Below, piece after piece: positions 19,953-29,501 of a DNA stretch of 64,000 nucleotides; position 1 is the first letter of the stretch; each line of letters starts with the position of its first letter. A program made the translations under genes and the position numbers. Under the pieces are notes generated by a model that was not told the DNA's origin, searched no databases, and worked only from the letters and a program-made list of their open reading frames with translations. Source of the stretch: Treponemataceae bacterium (lineage in GTDB: Bacteria > Spirochaetota > Spirochaetia > Treponematales > Rectinemataceae); the NCBI GenBank assembly GCA_963677895.2, contig CAXXGJ010000025.1, positions 96,001 to 160,000 of the forward strand. The letters are read 5' to 3'.

Positions 19953-21275
19953 ATGTCACATATGTGGAAAGAAGGCCATCTCTCGCCCGCGCAGAAACGC
20001 GCGCTCGTCTGGGCGACCGCCGCCTTGGCGGCATGCCTGGCCATGAATGCCTATCATTATTCCCTTGAAGGCGCGAAAGGCCTCTATGTCTGGAACAGGA
20101 CGGGCATGTTCCGCGCGCTCATTCTCATGGGCTTTATTCCCGCCACGGTCGCCTTCCTTTCGTTTCCCCTCGAAAAGCTCAGGAACAAGGGCGCTTCCAG
20201 GCTATTCCGCGGTCTCTCCATCGCCCTGTCGCTCATAGTAATCGTAGCGTCGGTCGGCATCGGCGCGATGCTCATAGCGGGCCCGAGGCTCGGCACCCTG
20301 GAGCCGGCGCGCCTCAACCTCATCAACCCCATCGACGGCATAACGCCCCGGCAGGCGGTAAAAACGGCTTTCCAGTCGGGCAGCGCGCCGGCGGCTCCGT
20401 CAGGTTTCCCCTTAGTCGCCCCTTTCTCCGCTTTCCTCGCGGCTCCGTCAGACCCGACGCAGCCTCTCCTTCGCCTCAGTTTTTCCTCCGACCCTCACTG
20501 GGGAGTCGATACGTCCAACGGCAGGGCCAGGACGGACATTCTCGCGAACATAGCCGAGAACAAGCCCGACGCCTTCTTCATGCTGGGCGATACGGTGGAA
20601 ACCGGCTCCAAATCGATGATGTGGAACTTCGCCCTCTCCGACCTCGAAGCCATAATGCCCAAAATCCCCCTCCGCCCCCTCCTGGGCAATCACGACGCCT
20701 TGCTGGGCGGACAGTATCTCTTCAGGAAAGCTTTCTTCCCGGACGGCTTCAAGAGCGATTCGGGTTCTCCCTATTATTATTCCATAGACGCCAAGGCCGC
20801 CCGGATCATCGTCCTCGACCTCCCCTGGGGCACTGAAAACTTCAACAAAAAGCAGAAGACCTGGCTAGAGAGCGTCCTCAAGAAAACCGACAGGACGAAG
20901 CCGGTCATCGTGCTCAGCCACAGCTATTTTTACGCATCGGGCTACGACGACCCCTCATACGACAAACCTTGGTACGATCACTACCAGAATATCCCGGCCG
21001 TGACGCCCCTGTTCGAACAGTATGGCGTGGATCTCGTGATTTCCGGGCATAATCATTACCAGGAATATCTCGAACACGCCGGCGTACGCTACGCGATCAT
21101 CGGAAGCATGGGCGGCATAAGCGATCCCCCGCCGAAGTATATTTCGCCCGCTACAAAATGGATGGCCGTGGCGACCTTCGGCTGGCTCGACGTGGATATT
21201 CTCCCCGCCGAAGTCGTCCTTTCATTCAGGAACGAACGAGGCGAGCTACTTCACGAAGAGCGCTTCGGGTATTGA
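19953..21275 (+). CDS. Membrane-anchored calcineurin-like metallophosphoesterase
   Basis: Three N-terminal TM helices; SDPH, LGD.V, LGNHD, SH, SGHNH; start uncertain. Confidence 0.85.
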   Translation: MSHMWKEGHLSPAQKRALVWATAALAACLAMNAYHYSLEGAKGLYVWNRTGMFRALILMGFIPATVAFLSFPLEKLRNKGASRLFRGLSIALSLIVIVASVGIGAMLIAGPRLGTLEPARLNLINPIDGITPRQAVKTAFQSGSAPAAPSGFPLVAPFSAFLAAPSDPTQPLLRLSFSSDPHWGVDTSNGRARTDILANIAENKPDAFFMLGDTVETGSKSMMWNFALSDLEAIMPKIPLRPLLGNHDALLGGQYLFRKAFFPDGFKSDSGSPYYYSIDAKAARIIVLDLPWGTENFNKKQKTWLESVLKKTDRTKPVIVLSHSYFYASGYDDPSYDKPWYDHYQNIPAVTPLFEQYGVDLVISGHNHYQEYLEHAGVRYAIIGSMGGISDPPPKYISPATKWMAVATFGWLDVDILPAEVVLSFRNERGELLHEERFGY

Positions 21276-21343
21276 CCCACAGGACACTCATTCTCCCCCA
21301 AATGCCGCGGCGCCCGCCTATGGAAAACTCAAAAAATAAAAAC

Positions 21344-21398
21344 TTGACAGTTACTACATGTAGTGTAATAATACTACCTAGGTTGTTATTTTACTACA
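21344..21398 (+). promoter_or_regulatory. Sigma70-type promoter with three phased RpiR/HexR-like operator boxes
   Basis: TTGACA at 21344; 15-mers TTGACAGTTACTACA (21344), TGTAATAATACTACC (21364) and TGTTATTTTACTACA (21384), exactly 20 bp apart. Confidence 0.7.
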
Positions 21399-21414
21399 TT
21401 TTCAGGAGGAGATC

Positions 21415-22404
21415 ATGCTCAGAAAGCTCTCATTGGTCACTATGATGGTCCTTTTGGCGCTGTCGTTCGCGAACGCCGCGCCCAACAAGATCATCATCAA
21501 GGTAGGATACGGAACAGCCGGCGGGCCGATCCACGAAGGCGCCCTCGAGTTCGAGAAACGCGTGGAAAAGGCCAATCCCAATATCGATGTGCAAGTCTTC
21601 CCGGGCGGGCAGCTTGGTTCAGAAGGCGAGATTGTCGGCCAGCTTCAGGCCGGAATCACCGACCTGCTTCCCACGACGACAGGCCCGCTTGGGCAGATCG
21701 ACTCGGCATTCTATGTTCTCGAGACCCCTTTCGTGTTCCTGGATGAAGAGCAGGCTGACAAGGTTCTGGATGGTCCCATCGGCGAGAAGATTCTCAAAGT
21801 CCTCGAGCCTAAAGGCCTCGTCGGTCTCGCGTTCTGGGAAAACGGATTCCGCGAGATAACGAACAACGTCAGGCCCATCAGAGCCCCGGCTGATCTCAAG
21901 GGTCTGAAGATGAGAACCCAGCAGAACAGGCTCCACATCAAGTATTTCACCGATCTCGGAGCGAGCCCCACGCCTCTGGCCTTCACCGAAATTTACAACG
22001 CCCTCGCGACGAAAGTCGTCGACGGACAGGAAAATCCCTACTCCCTCATCGCCACCAACAAATTCTACGAGCAGCAGAAATACGTGTCCCAGACCGACCA
22101 TGTCTACTCCGCCGTCCCCGTGTACTACTCGAAGGCGAAATGGGACAAGCTTCCGGCCGATGTCCAGAAGCTCGTCAAGGACACGATCTACGACCTCAGG
22201 CTCTGGCAGCGCCAGCGCGGTCGCGAGATGCAGAAAGACTACGTGGCCGAGATCGGCAAAAAATCCCAGGTAGCCATTCTCAGCATCGCCGAGAAAGCGG
22301 CGTTCCAGAAAGCGGCTGCTCCCGCCTACGCTTGGGCGAAGAAAGAATTCGGCAAATCCTACGAAAACCTGCTCGATGACGTTTTGGAAGCGGCCGCCAA
22401 GTAA
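21415..22404 (+). CDS. TRAP transporter substrate-binding protein DctP
   Basis: Signal peptide; GQLGSE, WENGFR, DLKGLKMR, EIYNAL...VDGQEN. Confidence 0.93.
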   Translation: MLRKLSLVTMMVLLALSFANAAPNKIIIKVGYGTAGGPIHEGALEFEKRVEKANPNIDVQVFPGGQLGSEGEIVGQLQAGITDLLPTTTGPLGQIDSAFYVLETPFVFLDEEQADKVLDGPIGEKILKVLEPKGLVGLAFWENGFREITNNVRPIRAPADLKGLKMRTQQNRLHIKYFTDLGASPTPLAFTEIYNALATKVVDGQENPYSLIATNKFYEQQKYVSQTDHVYSAVPVYYSKAKWDKLPADVQKLVKDTIYDLRLWQRQRGREMQKDYVAEIGKKSQVAILSIAEKAAFQKAAAPAYAWAKKEFGKSYENLLDDVLEAAAK

Positions 22405-22469
22405 TCATTTTCCAGCATTTATCGCAAGCGCCGGTACTCCGTGCCGGCGCTTTGTTTCAGGAGTAGCGT

Positions 22470-22961
22470 ATGTCCGACACACAGAAAAAAGAGTTGCCCA
22501 TATTGATAAAAATCGAGCGGGGAGTTCTCACCATACTGGGAACCGTCGCCACGCTCATCATGTTCTTCAACGCGGCATCGCGGTATCTTTTCAAGACGAC
22601 CTTCGTATGGGCCGAAGAATCGATCAGGATTCTTTTTGTCTGGACGATGTTCATCGCGGTCACCACCGCGTTTTTAAGGAATGAGCACATAGGCTTCGAC
22701 GGCATAGCCAAGAAAAAGGGCACGCCTAATCTCATATACAGAATCACGTACGCGCTTTCGCTCATCGTAGTCGGAGCGATCCTCTGCCTCTATGGCTTTA
22801 AATACAACACGTTTACCGGTGGGGTACCCCTTACCGGCACCGGTCTTCCCACGGCCGTACTGATGTGGCCCGGCATCCTCGCCGGAGCCGCGTGGACGGT
22901 TATTGGCATCCAGAAATTGGCAAAGATCTTTGCGGGAGCCAAGGGAGAAAACACCAAATGA
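22470..22961 (+). CDS. TRAP transporter small permease DctQ
   Basis: RY.F....WAEE.IR and EHI..D; four TM helices. Confidence 0.9.
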   Translation: MSDTQKKELPILIKIERGVLTILGTVATLIMFFNAASRYLFKTTFVWAEESIRILFVWTMFIAVTTAFLRNEHIGFDGIAKKKGTPNLIYRITYALSLIVVGAILCLYGFKYNTFTGGVPLTGTGLPTAVLMWPGILAGAAWTVIGIQKLAKIFAGAKGENTK

Positions 22962-24241
22962 GCACATTGATACTCTATCTCGTCATATTCGGAATTCTGT
23001 TCGCGGTGGGGGTTCCCGTCGTGCTTTCGCTCGCCGCCGCCGCGGTCGTGATGCTCTTGACCAATGGTTTGGATCTTCTCATATTCGCGCAGAAGTTCGT
23101 CGTCTCCATGGACAACTACGGCCTTACGGCCATGCTGTTCTTCATCCTGGCCGGGGAACTGATGAACGGCGGAGGAATGACGCGAAGAATCGTCGCCGCC
23201 GTGTCCAAGCTCGTAAAAGGCATCCCCGGCGGCCTGGCGATCGTGACGCTCGTCTCCTGCGCCATCTTCGCCGCCATCAACGGTTCCGCGATAGCGACGG
23301 CCATTGCCATCGGCGCCATCATGTATCCCGCCATGGTCAAGCAGGGCTATCCGCCCGCCTTTTCCGCGGCGACCATCGCCGCGGGCGGCATCATCGGCCC
23401 GATAATTCCCCCATCCATTCCCATGATCGTTTACGGCTCCACGACGGGCGACTCCGTGGCCGCTCTTTTCGCGGGAGGCTTCCTCCTCGGCATCCTGATG
23501 ACAGCCGGCGAAGTAGTCGTCGCCTACCTTTACTGCAAGAAGCACGGTTACGGCGTCAACGTCCCCAACATCGATTTCGGCAACACGAAAGGAATTGGCT
23601 GGGCCTTGATATTCCCGATACTCATCATGGGATTCATCGTCACCGGCATCATGACGCCGACCGAGACTTCGGCCATGGCCGTCGTGTACGCGTGGATCGT
23701 GGGTACCTTCATCTACAAGGAATTCAAGTTCAGGGAATTCCCCGAGATGATGGTGCGATCCATGAAAAGCTCGGGCGCCGTAATGGCGATCGTCGGGGCC
23801 GCCACCGCCGTGGCATGGGTCCTCACCTACGTGCGCGTGCCACAACAGGTGACCGAACTCATGGTATCGACGATACATTCACCCTCCCTCTTCATGATCG
23901 TCACCTTCGGCATTCTGTTCATCGTCGGCATGATAATGGACCTCACCCCCGCGATCCTGATCCTGACGCCCATTTTCGTCGGCCCCGTCGCCGCCTTCCA
24001 TATCGACCCGATCTTCTTCGGCGTATTCTTCTGTTCCACGCTCACCGCGGGTTTGATAACGCCGCCTGTGGGAACCCTCATCTACATCGGCTGCTCCATG
24101 TCGGACAGATCGCTCACCGATGTCGTCAAGGAACTGCTTCCCTATATCGTCGTCGTCTACGCGGTGCTGTTCGTGGCCGCCATATTCCCTGATCTCATCA
24201 CCTTCATACCGAAGAATGTCCTGCATCTCTACGGCGGATGA
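22958..24241 (+). CDS. TRAP transporter large permease DctM
   Basis: FFILAGELMN.GG, IIPPSIPMIVY, TPTE, TPPVG; ATGA overlap. Confidence 0.93.
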   Translation: MSTLILYLVIFGILFAVGVPVVLSLAAAAVVMLLTNGLDLLIFAQKFVVSMDNYGLTAMLFFILAGELMNGGGMTRRIVAAVSKLVKGIPGGLAIVTLVSCAIFAAINGSAIATAIAIGAIMYPAMVKQGYPPAFSAATIAAGGIIGPIIPPSIPMIVYGSTTGDSVAALFAGGFLLGILMTAGEVVVAYLYCKKHGYGVNVPNIDFGNTKGIGWALIFPILIMGFIVTGIMTPTETSAMAVVYAWIVGTFIYKEFKFREFPEMMVRSMKSSGAVMAIVGAATAVAWVLTYVRVPQQVTELMVSTIHSPSLFMIVTFGILFIVGMIMDLTPAILILTPIFVGPVAAFHIDPIFFGVFFCSTLTAGLITPPVGTLIYIGCSMSDRSLTDVVKELLPYIVVVYAVLFVAAIFPDLITFIPKNVLHLYGG

Positions 24242-24264
24242 GAGAAAGGGCAAAGGATTGCGCA

Positions 24265-25764
24265 ATGAATAATGAAGCGCTGGTTCTGGCGGTCGACATA
24301 GGCACTTCCTCGGTGCGGGCGATGGCTTTCGACGCCGGGGGCGGGATACAAGCCCGCGCCCAGATCGCCTATCCTGTCATCAGGCCTCGCCCATATTTCG
24401 AGGAGCAGGATCCCCTTCTCGTCCACTCATCGACCTATAGGGCGATAGCCCAACTTCTATCTTCGGGTTCGATCGATCCAAAACGCATAGCCTGCCTTTC
24501 TTTCTCTTCGCAGATGTACAGCGTCCTGGCCCTGGACGCGGCGGGAAATCCGCTGACCAACAGCCTGCCCTGGTCCGACGGCCGGGCGGAGGCCCAGGCC
24601 GAGGACATGAAGAAAGCGCGCGGAGCCATGTGGCTCTATCCCCATACGGGATGCCCCATGAATTCGATCTATCCGATCGCCAAAATTGGATGGCTTCGCG
24701 AAGAATCGCCGGAAGTCTTCGGAAAGGCTGCCCGCTTCGTCTGCATAAAGGAATTCGTGACGAAGCCCCTCATTGGGGAATGGGCGGTGGATTACTCCAT
24801 GGCCTCGGCATCGGGAATGTTCGATGTCGCAAGCCATGCCTGGCACGCCGAGGCTCTCGATGCCGTGGGAATAAGAGAGTCGCAGCTGTCGAAGCCCGTA
24901 TCGGGCACTCTAGGCTTCAGGCTCCTCGCGGATTCCCCGCTCGCCGGGCTCGGACTGCCCGCGGATACGCTCGTATTCCTGGGCGCGGGCGATGGACCCC
25001 TTGCCAACATAGGGTCGGGGGCTTCGGAAATCGGGGCCATCAACATCGATCTGGGCACTTCGGGCGCCGCGCGCTGCACGACCGACGCCCCCGTCACCGA
25101 CAATACCGCCAGTCTCTGGTGTTTCTGCCTCGACGATGCCCACTGGGCATATGGCGGCATCGTCACCAATGTGGGCAACTCCTACCAGTGGCTCGCCTCC
25201 AATGTCGCCGAAGCATCCGGCTCAAACCTCGAGGCCGCTTTCGAGCTTCTCAACAAACGGGCCGCCGCCGTCGCGCCGGGATCGGAAGGACTTCTCTTTA
25301 TGCCCTACCTGCGGAAAGCTCGCTCGCCCTATTGGGACGGGAAGCTCCGGGGCACTATGTACGGCCTCACCGCCGACCACGGATTCGGCCACATGTCGCG
25401 CGCCCTCCTGGAGGCGGTCGCCTACGATCTAAAAACCATCATAGGGCTCATGGACCGGAGAATAGCCACCATTCCGCATATCCTGCTCACGGGAGGGCTT
25501 TCGCGCTCGCCCGTCATCCCCCAGCTCCTGGCCGACGTCCTCGGCAGAGAGATAAGGATTCCCGAGCAGAACGAGGGATCCATCGCGGGAGCTGCGATTC
25601 TGGGCTTTAAAGGCTTGGGCCACCTGGATGGGCTCGAGTTTCCGCGAGCCTCGTCGCGCTATGCGTCGATGCTCCCCGATCCGGAGAGAGAAGAGCTGTA
25701 TCGTGAATTTTACGGGAAGTACACGCGTCTCGTCGAAACATTCCGCAACGCGGATCTGCCCTGA
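24265..25764 (+). CDS. FGGY-family sugar-acid kinase (gluconokinase-like)
   Basis: DIGTSS, EQDP, WSDGRA, GAGDGPLAN.G.G, GTSGA.R, PYL...RSP.W. Confidence 0.85.
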   Translation: MNNEALVLAVDIGTSSVRAMAFDAGGGIQARAQIAYPVIRPRPYFEEQDPLLVHSSTYRAIAQLLSSGSIDPKRIACLSFSSQMYSVLALDAAGNPLTNSLPWSDGRAEAQAEDMKKARGAMWLYPHTGCPMNSIYPIAKIGWLREESPEVFGKAARFVCIKEFVTKPLIGEWAVDYSMASASGMFDVASHAWHAEALDAVGIRESQLSKPVSGTLGFRLLADSPLAGLGLPADTLVFLGAGDGPLANIGSGASEIGAINIDLGTSGAARCTTDAPVTDNTASLWCFCLDDAHWAYGGIVTNVGNSYQWLASNVAEASGSNLEAAFELLNKRAAAVAPGSEGLLFMPYLRKARSPYWDGKLRGTMYGLTADHGFGHMSRALLEAVAYDLKTIIGLMDRRIATIPHILLTGGLSRSPVIPQLLADVLGREIRIPEQNEGSIAGAAILGFKGLGHLDGLEFPRASSRYASMLPDPEREELYREFYGKYTRLVETFRNADLP

Positions 25765-25774
25765 GGAGCTTTCG

Positions 25775-26749
25775 ATGAAAATATTGATTACATCCAAATC
25801 CTTCGGCCGGTACGCGCCCGATGCCGTCCAATTCCTTGCGGAAAATGGTTTTGAACTGACGCGAGGCTCGAAACCCACGATGACCGCCGACGAAATAGCG
25901 AAAGAAGTTCCCGGATTCGACGCGCTCATCGTGGGAAACGACACAATAGACAAAAAAGTGATCGACGCGGCCGCGGATCTCAAGCTCATCTACATGAACG
26001 GAACGGGCCTCGACGGCATAGACGTGGATTACGCCACGAAAAAAGGAATCCTCGTCGCCAACGCGCCGGGGGCGAACCGCAACGCCGTGGCCGAACTGGC
26101 CGTGGGGCTGATGCTCGTCTCGGCCAGAGCCATCGACGCGCACATAGATCTGCTGAAACAAGGCAGATGGGAGAGAAGCGCGGGGGTGGAGATCTCGGGC
26201 AAGACCATCGGGTTCCTGGGTCTCGGCAACATAGGCAAACGCATCGTCGAACTGCTCGCCGGATTCGGCGTACAGGCCATCGCCTACGATCCTCAACCCG
26301 ACGAAGCCTGGGCATCGAGCCGCGCCGTGAGGTTTACCGACTGTATGGAAGACGTATTCGCCCAGGCCGATTTCCTCATCCTCGCCCTTCCCTGCAACGA
26401 CCAGACGAGGAACATCGTCAACAAGGAGAGGCTCGGCCTCATGAAGCCGACCTCCCGCATCATCAACACGGCGAGGGGCGGCCTCATAGACGAAGCGGCA
26501 TTGTGCGAGGCCATCGGGGCGGGCAGGATAGCCGGAGCCGCGCTGGATGCCTTCGAGCGGGAACCCCTGCCCGAGGATTCCCCGCTTCGCATGCCGGGAA
26601 TCACGCTTACGCCCCACATGGCCGCCACGTCCATCGAGACGGCCGCCAACATGTCCTGGATAGTCGCAAGGAACATTGTCGATATCCTGAAAAATGGCCG
26701 AACGCAGAGCGCCGTCAACAAGGATCGGGTCGCCGCGGCGGCTCGATGA
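25775..26749 (+). CDS. D-2-hydroxyacid dehydrogenase (phosphoglycerate dehydrogenase-like)
   Basis: NAPGAN..AVAE, GLGNIG, INTARGGLIDE, ALDAFE.EP, TPHMA. Confidence 0.9.
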   Translation: MKILITSKSFGRYAPDAVQFLAENGFELTRGSKPTMTADEIAKEVPGFDALIVGNDTIDKKVIDAAADLKLIYMNGTGLDGIDVDYATKKGILVANAPGANRNAVAELAVGLMLVSARAIDAHIDLLKQGRWERSAGVEISGKTIGFLGLGNIGKRIVELLAGFGVQAIAYDPQPDEAWASSRAVRFTDCMEDVFAQADFLILALPCNDQTRNIVNKERLGLMKPTSRIINTARGGLIDEAALCEAIGAGRIAGAALDAFEREPLPEDSPLRMPGITLTPHMAATSIETAANMSWIVARNIVDILKNGRTQSAVNKDRVAAAAR

Positions 26750-26784
26750 TCATAGGTCGGTAGATATACCAAGAGGAGCAGAAA

Positions 26785-27732
26785 ATGGCAATCAAAGGAA
26801 ATCTCGTCCCGAATATCACGATGTTCGATCGCGAGGGAAATATCGACGAGGCGAAGACCTCGTGGCACATGAACTGGATGTTTTCCCATGGCGTCGACGG
26901 ACTTTTTCTGACCGGATCCTATGGAGCCGGCCCCCTCATGACCAATGAGGAGAGGATCAGAATCTTCCGGCTCGCGAAAAAGGCCGCGGGCGGATTCAAG
27001 GGGAAAATCCTTTTGCCCCACGTCGGCTGCATCGACACGAAAAGTACCGTGGAGCTGGCGAAAGCCGCCCAGGAGATCGGCGTGGACGCGATTGGCGCCG
27101 TGCCGCCCTTTTACTACAAGCACAGCGACGAGGCGATCATCGAGTATTACAAGGCCATTCTGGAAGCGGTGAAGATCCCTGTATTCGCCTATAACAATCC
27201 GGAGACCTCCAGGTACACCTTCAACCTGAAAACCATCTTGAAGCTGAAGGAACTGGGGCTGTCAGGCATGAAGGACAGTCCGCTCAACATCGGATTCATC
27301 TCCCAGGTCGCCTATCTCGCCCAGGAAGCCGAAGCCAGGGGAGAAAAGCCCTTCCAGCTGATCGTCGGCACTTCCACGGGATGGCTGCCCATCTATTACA
27401 TGGGCGTGAAGGCGACGATAGCCGGCATGAACAACTGGGCTCCGGAAATCACGGCCGAGATGGTGCGGGCAACCTTCGCTGGCGAGATGGACAGGGCGAG
27501 GCAGGCCTACCTCGTGATGATGGACCTCTCGGCCAAGCTCCATTTCACCGATTCGACCATCGCGAGCCACATGGCGCTGTACGCGCGCGGCTACGATGCC
27601 GGATTCCCCAGAAAGCCTATGCTTCTCCCCCCCTTCTCCGATCCCAAGTACAGGGAAATCAGGACGAATATGGAGCAGGCCTTCGCCAAACTCAGCCTGA
27701 CTTTTGAAACGGGGAGCTTCAAGATCGATTGA
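26785..27732 (+). CDS. DHDPS/NAL-family class I aldolase
   Basis: G..GL...GSYGAG, VPPFYY, YNNP, GMKDS (Schiff-base Lys). Confidence 0.87.
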   Translation: MAIKGNLVPNITMFDREGNIDEAKTSWHMNWMFSHGVDGLFLTGSYGAGPLMTNEERIRIFRLAKKAAGGFKGKILLPHVGCIDTKSTVELAKAAQEIGVDAIGAVPPFYYKHSDEAIIEYYKAILEAVKIPVFAYNNPETSRYTFNLKTILKLKELGLSGMKDSPLNIGFISQVAYLAQEAEARGEKPFQLIVGTSTGWLPIYYMGVKATIAGMNNWAPEITAEMVRATFAGEMDRARQAYLVMMDLSAKLHFTDSTIASHMALYARGYDAGFPRKPMLLPPFSDPKYREIRTNMEQAFAKLSLTFETGSFKID

Positions 27733-27762
27733 CCTGACTGCGGTTCTGGCCCCCTTCCAAGG

Positions 27763-27791
27763 TTGTGACGGGGGCCATGTCACGATATAAT
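27763..27791 (+). promoter_or_regulatory. Sigma70-type promoter of the RpiR regulator gene
   Basis: TTGTGA (27763-27768), 17 bp spacer, TATAAT (27786-27791). Confidence 0.6.
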
Positions 27792-27798
27792 GGAGGCA

Positions 27799-28638
27799 AT
27801 GAGCTCGATGCAGCAGATAATGGAAAAGTACAACAGCCTCCGCAAGTCGGAAACGAAGGTTGCCGATATCATTTTGGAACATCCCGAAGCCGCTATCCAT
27901 TTTTCGGTCAGCGAGCTGGCCGAACAGGCGGGCGTAAGCGATCCGACCGTCATACGGTTTTGCCGGAGCCTGGGTTTCAAGGGATTTCAGGATTTCAAGA
28001 TCTATCTCGCGCAGAGCATCATTCCGGGCATCAGGAACATCCACGAGACGGTGAACCAGGGCGAAAATGTTCCCGACCTCGTGCGCAAGGTGTTCGACGC
28101 GAATACGGCCGCGATCCAGAGCACGCTCGGCACGCTCGACTTCGCTTCGATCGACGAGGCCATCAAGGAACTTTCGAACGCCAGAAGAATCATGTTCTTC
28201 GGCCTGGGCAACTCGGCCGTCGTCGCCAAGGATGCCTACCACAAATTCTTCCGGATCGGGATTCCCTGCGAATGGTTCGAGGACAGCCACATGGCGATGA
28301 TGGCCGCCTCGATCATGAAGCCGGGGGACGTGCTCGTCGTGATTTCCCACTCGGGATCGACCACCGACATCGTCGACGTGCTCGACGTGGCTTCCAAGGC
28401 CGGCGCGCGCAGCATCGCCATCGTCAGCCACCATAAGTCGCCGGTTTCGGGCAAGGCCGACCACACGCTCTGCGTCGCCTCGACCGAAACCGAATACAGG
28501 TTCGAACCCATGGCCTCCCGGATCGCGCAGCTCAGCGTCATCGACGTGCTGTCGGTGGGCGTTTCGCTTCTGCACAGCGATGTCTACATAGCCAATCTGG
28601 AGAAATCAAGGAAGGCTTTGGTCCGCAAACGCTACTGA
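27799..28638 (+). CDS. MurR/RpiR family transcriptional regulator
   Basis: HTH ELAEQAGVSDPTVIRFCRSLGFKGFQDFK; SIS domain GLGNS, ISHSG; start could be 27790, 27799 or 27808. Confidence 0.92.
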   Translation: MSSMQQIMEKYNSLRKSETKVADIILEHPEAAIHFSVSELAEQAGVSDPTVIRFCRSLGFKGFQDFKIYLAQSIIPGIRNIHETVNQGENVPDLVRKVFDANTAAIQSTLGTLDFASIDEAIKELSNARRIMFFGLGNSAVVAKDAYHKFFRIGIPCEWFEDSHMAMMAASIMKPGDVLVVISHSGSTTDIVDVLDVASKAGARSIAIVSHHKSPVSGKADHTLCVASTETEYRFEPMASRIAQLSVIDVLSVGVSLLHSDVYIANLEKSRKALVRKRY

Positions 28639-28639
28639 T

Positions 28640-29284
28640 TCAATAGCCCAGGCTTTCTCCCACGATGATCACCGTAAAATCGGTCAGGGCCGGCTTTCTC
28701 TTGAGGATCTGGTAGATCCGGCAGCTGCGCATGGGGCCGTCGCAATCCATGCAGTATCCCGATTTGGTGCAGGGATTGGGCCTTCCCAGGCGCTTGTTGT
28801 TCATGGGTCCCGCCACTTCCTCGAGTCTCGTGAAGGCGTCTTCAAGGTCAGCCACGATCTTGTTCGCGCCGGCCACCGCCACGACCTTGGACGGTCCGAA
28901 GCACAGAGCGCCCACGCGATTGCCGTTCGCGTCGACATTCACGATAAAGCCGTCGCGCGTGACGGCGTTGACGCTCGATACGAATACGTCGCAGGTAAGC
29001 TGGCTGCGAAGGGTCGAGAGTCTTTCCTCGGGCGTGATCCCCGGCCTGTTGTGGTCGAGAAGCACGGCGCCGGCGGCGAGCGCCTTGTCCTGTATTCCCA
29101 TCGATTTCACGGTCATCGAACCGCCGAAACCCACCTTCATGCCGGGCTTGACGAACTTCATGACGAGTTCGGCCGCTTCTTCCTTCGTTTTCGCGTACAC
29201 GGCGTCGAAACCGTTCTTGACGAGCGCCTGACAGACGCGCTCGCCCCTCGCTTCATTGGACCACATCTCGACTTCGGTCATCAT
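28640..29284 (-). CDS. LUD-domain (lactate utilization-type) protein with C-terminal Cys cluster
   Basis: GFGGSMT, SSVNAVT.DG..VNVD..GNRV, GANKIV, PC...GYCMDC....RSC. Confidence 0.85.
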   Translation of the reverse strand: MMTEVEMWSNEARGERVCQALVKNGFDAVYAKTKEEAAELVMKFVKPGMKVGFGGSMTVKSMGIQDKALAAGAVLLDHNRPGITPEERLSTLRSQLTCDVFVSSVNAVTRDGFIVNVDANGNRVGALCFGPSKVVAVAGANKIVADLEDAFTRLEEVAGPMNNKRLGRPNPCTKSGYCMDCDGPMRSCRIYQILKRKPALTDFTVIIVGESLGY

Positions 29285-29342
29285 CTTCCTCCATGCGAAT
29301 ACTTCAATGTTTCAGCATTGTGCAGCGCTTTCCGGCGCAAAT

Positions 29343-29456
29343 CAACAACCTCGCAGCAAGCTGCGAGGTTGTTGGTTCTACAAGGCATTGGATTAAATGC
29401 GGGTTTCATACCATTTTACTTTTTTTATAAAAAGAACGCGGCAAGCCGCGGGGTAT
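29343..29456. repeat. Pair of GCAAGC-loop palindromes; possible non-autonomous IS200/IS605-type (PATE/REP-like) remnant
   Basis: CAACAACCTCGCAGC-AA-GCTGCGAGGTTGTTG (29343-29374) and CGCGGC-AA-GCCGCG-GGGTAT (29437-29456). Confidence 0.6.
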
Positions 29457-29501
29457 GAATCCCGCGAGCGAATCAAGAATAGTCATCCATGGCTTCCACG
29501 T

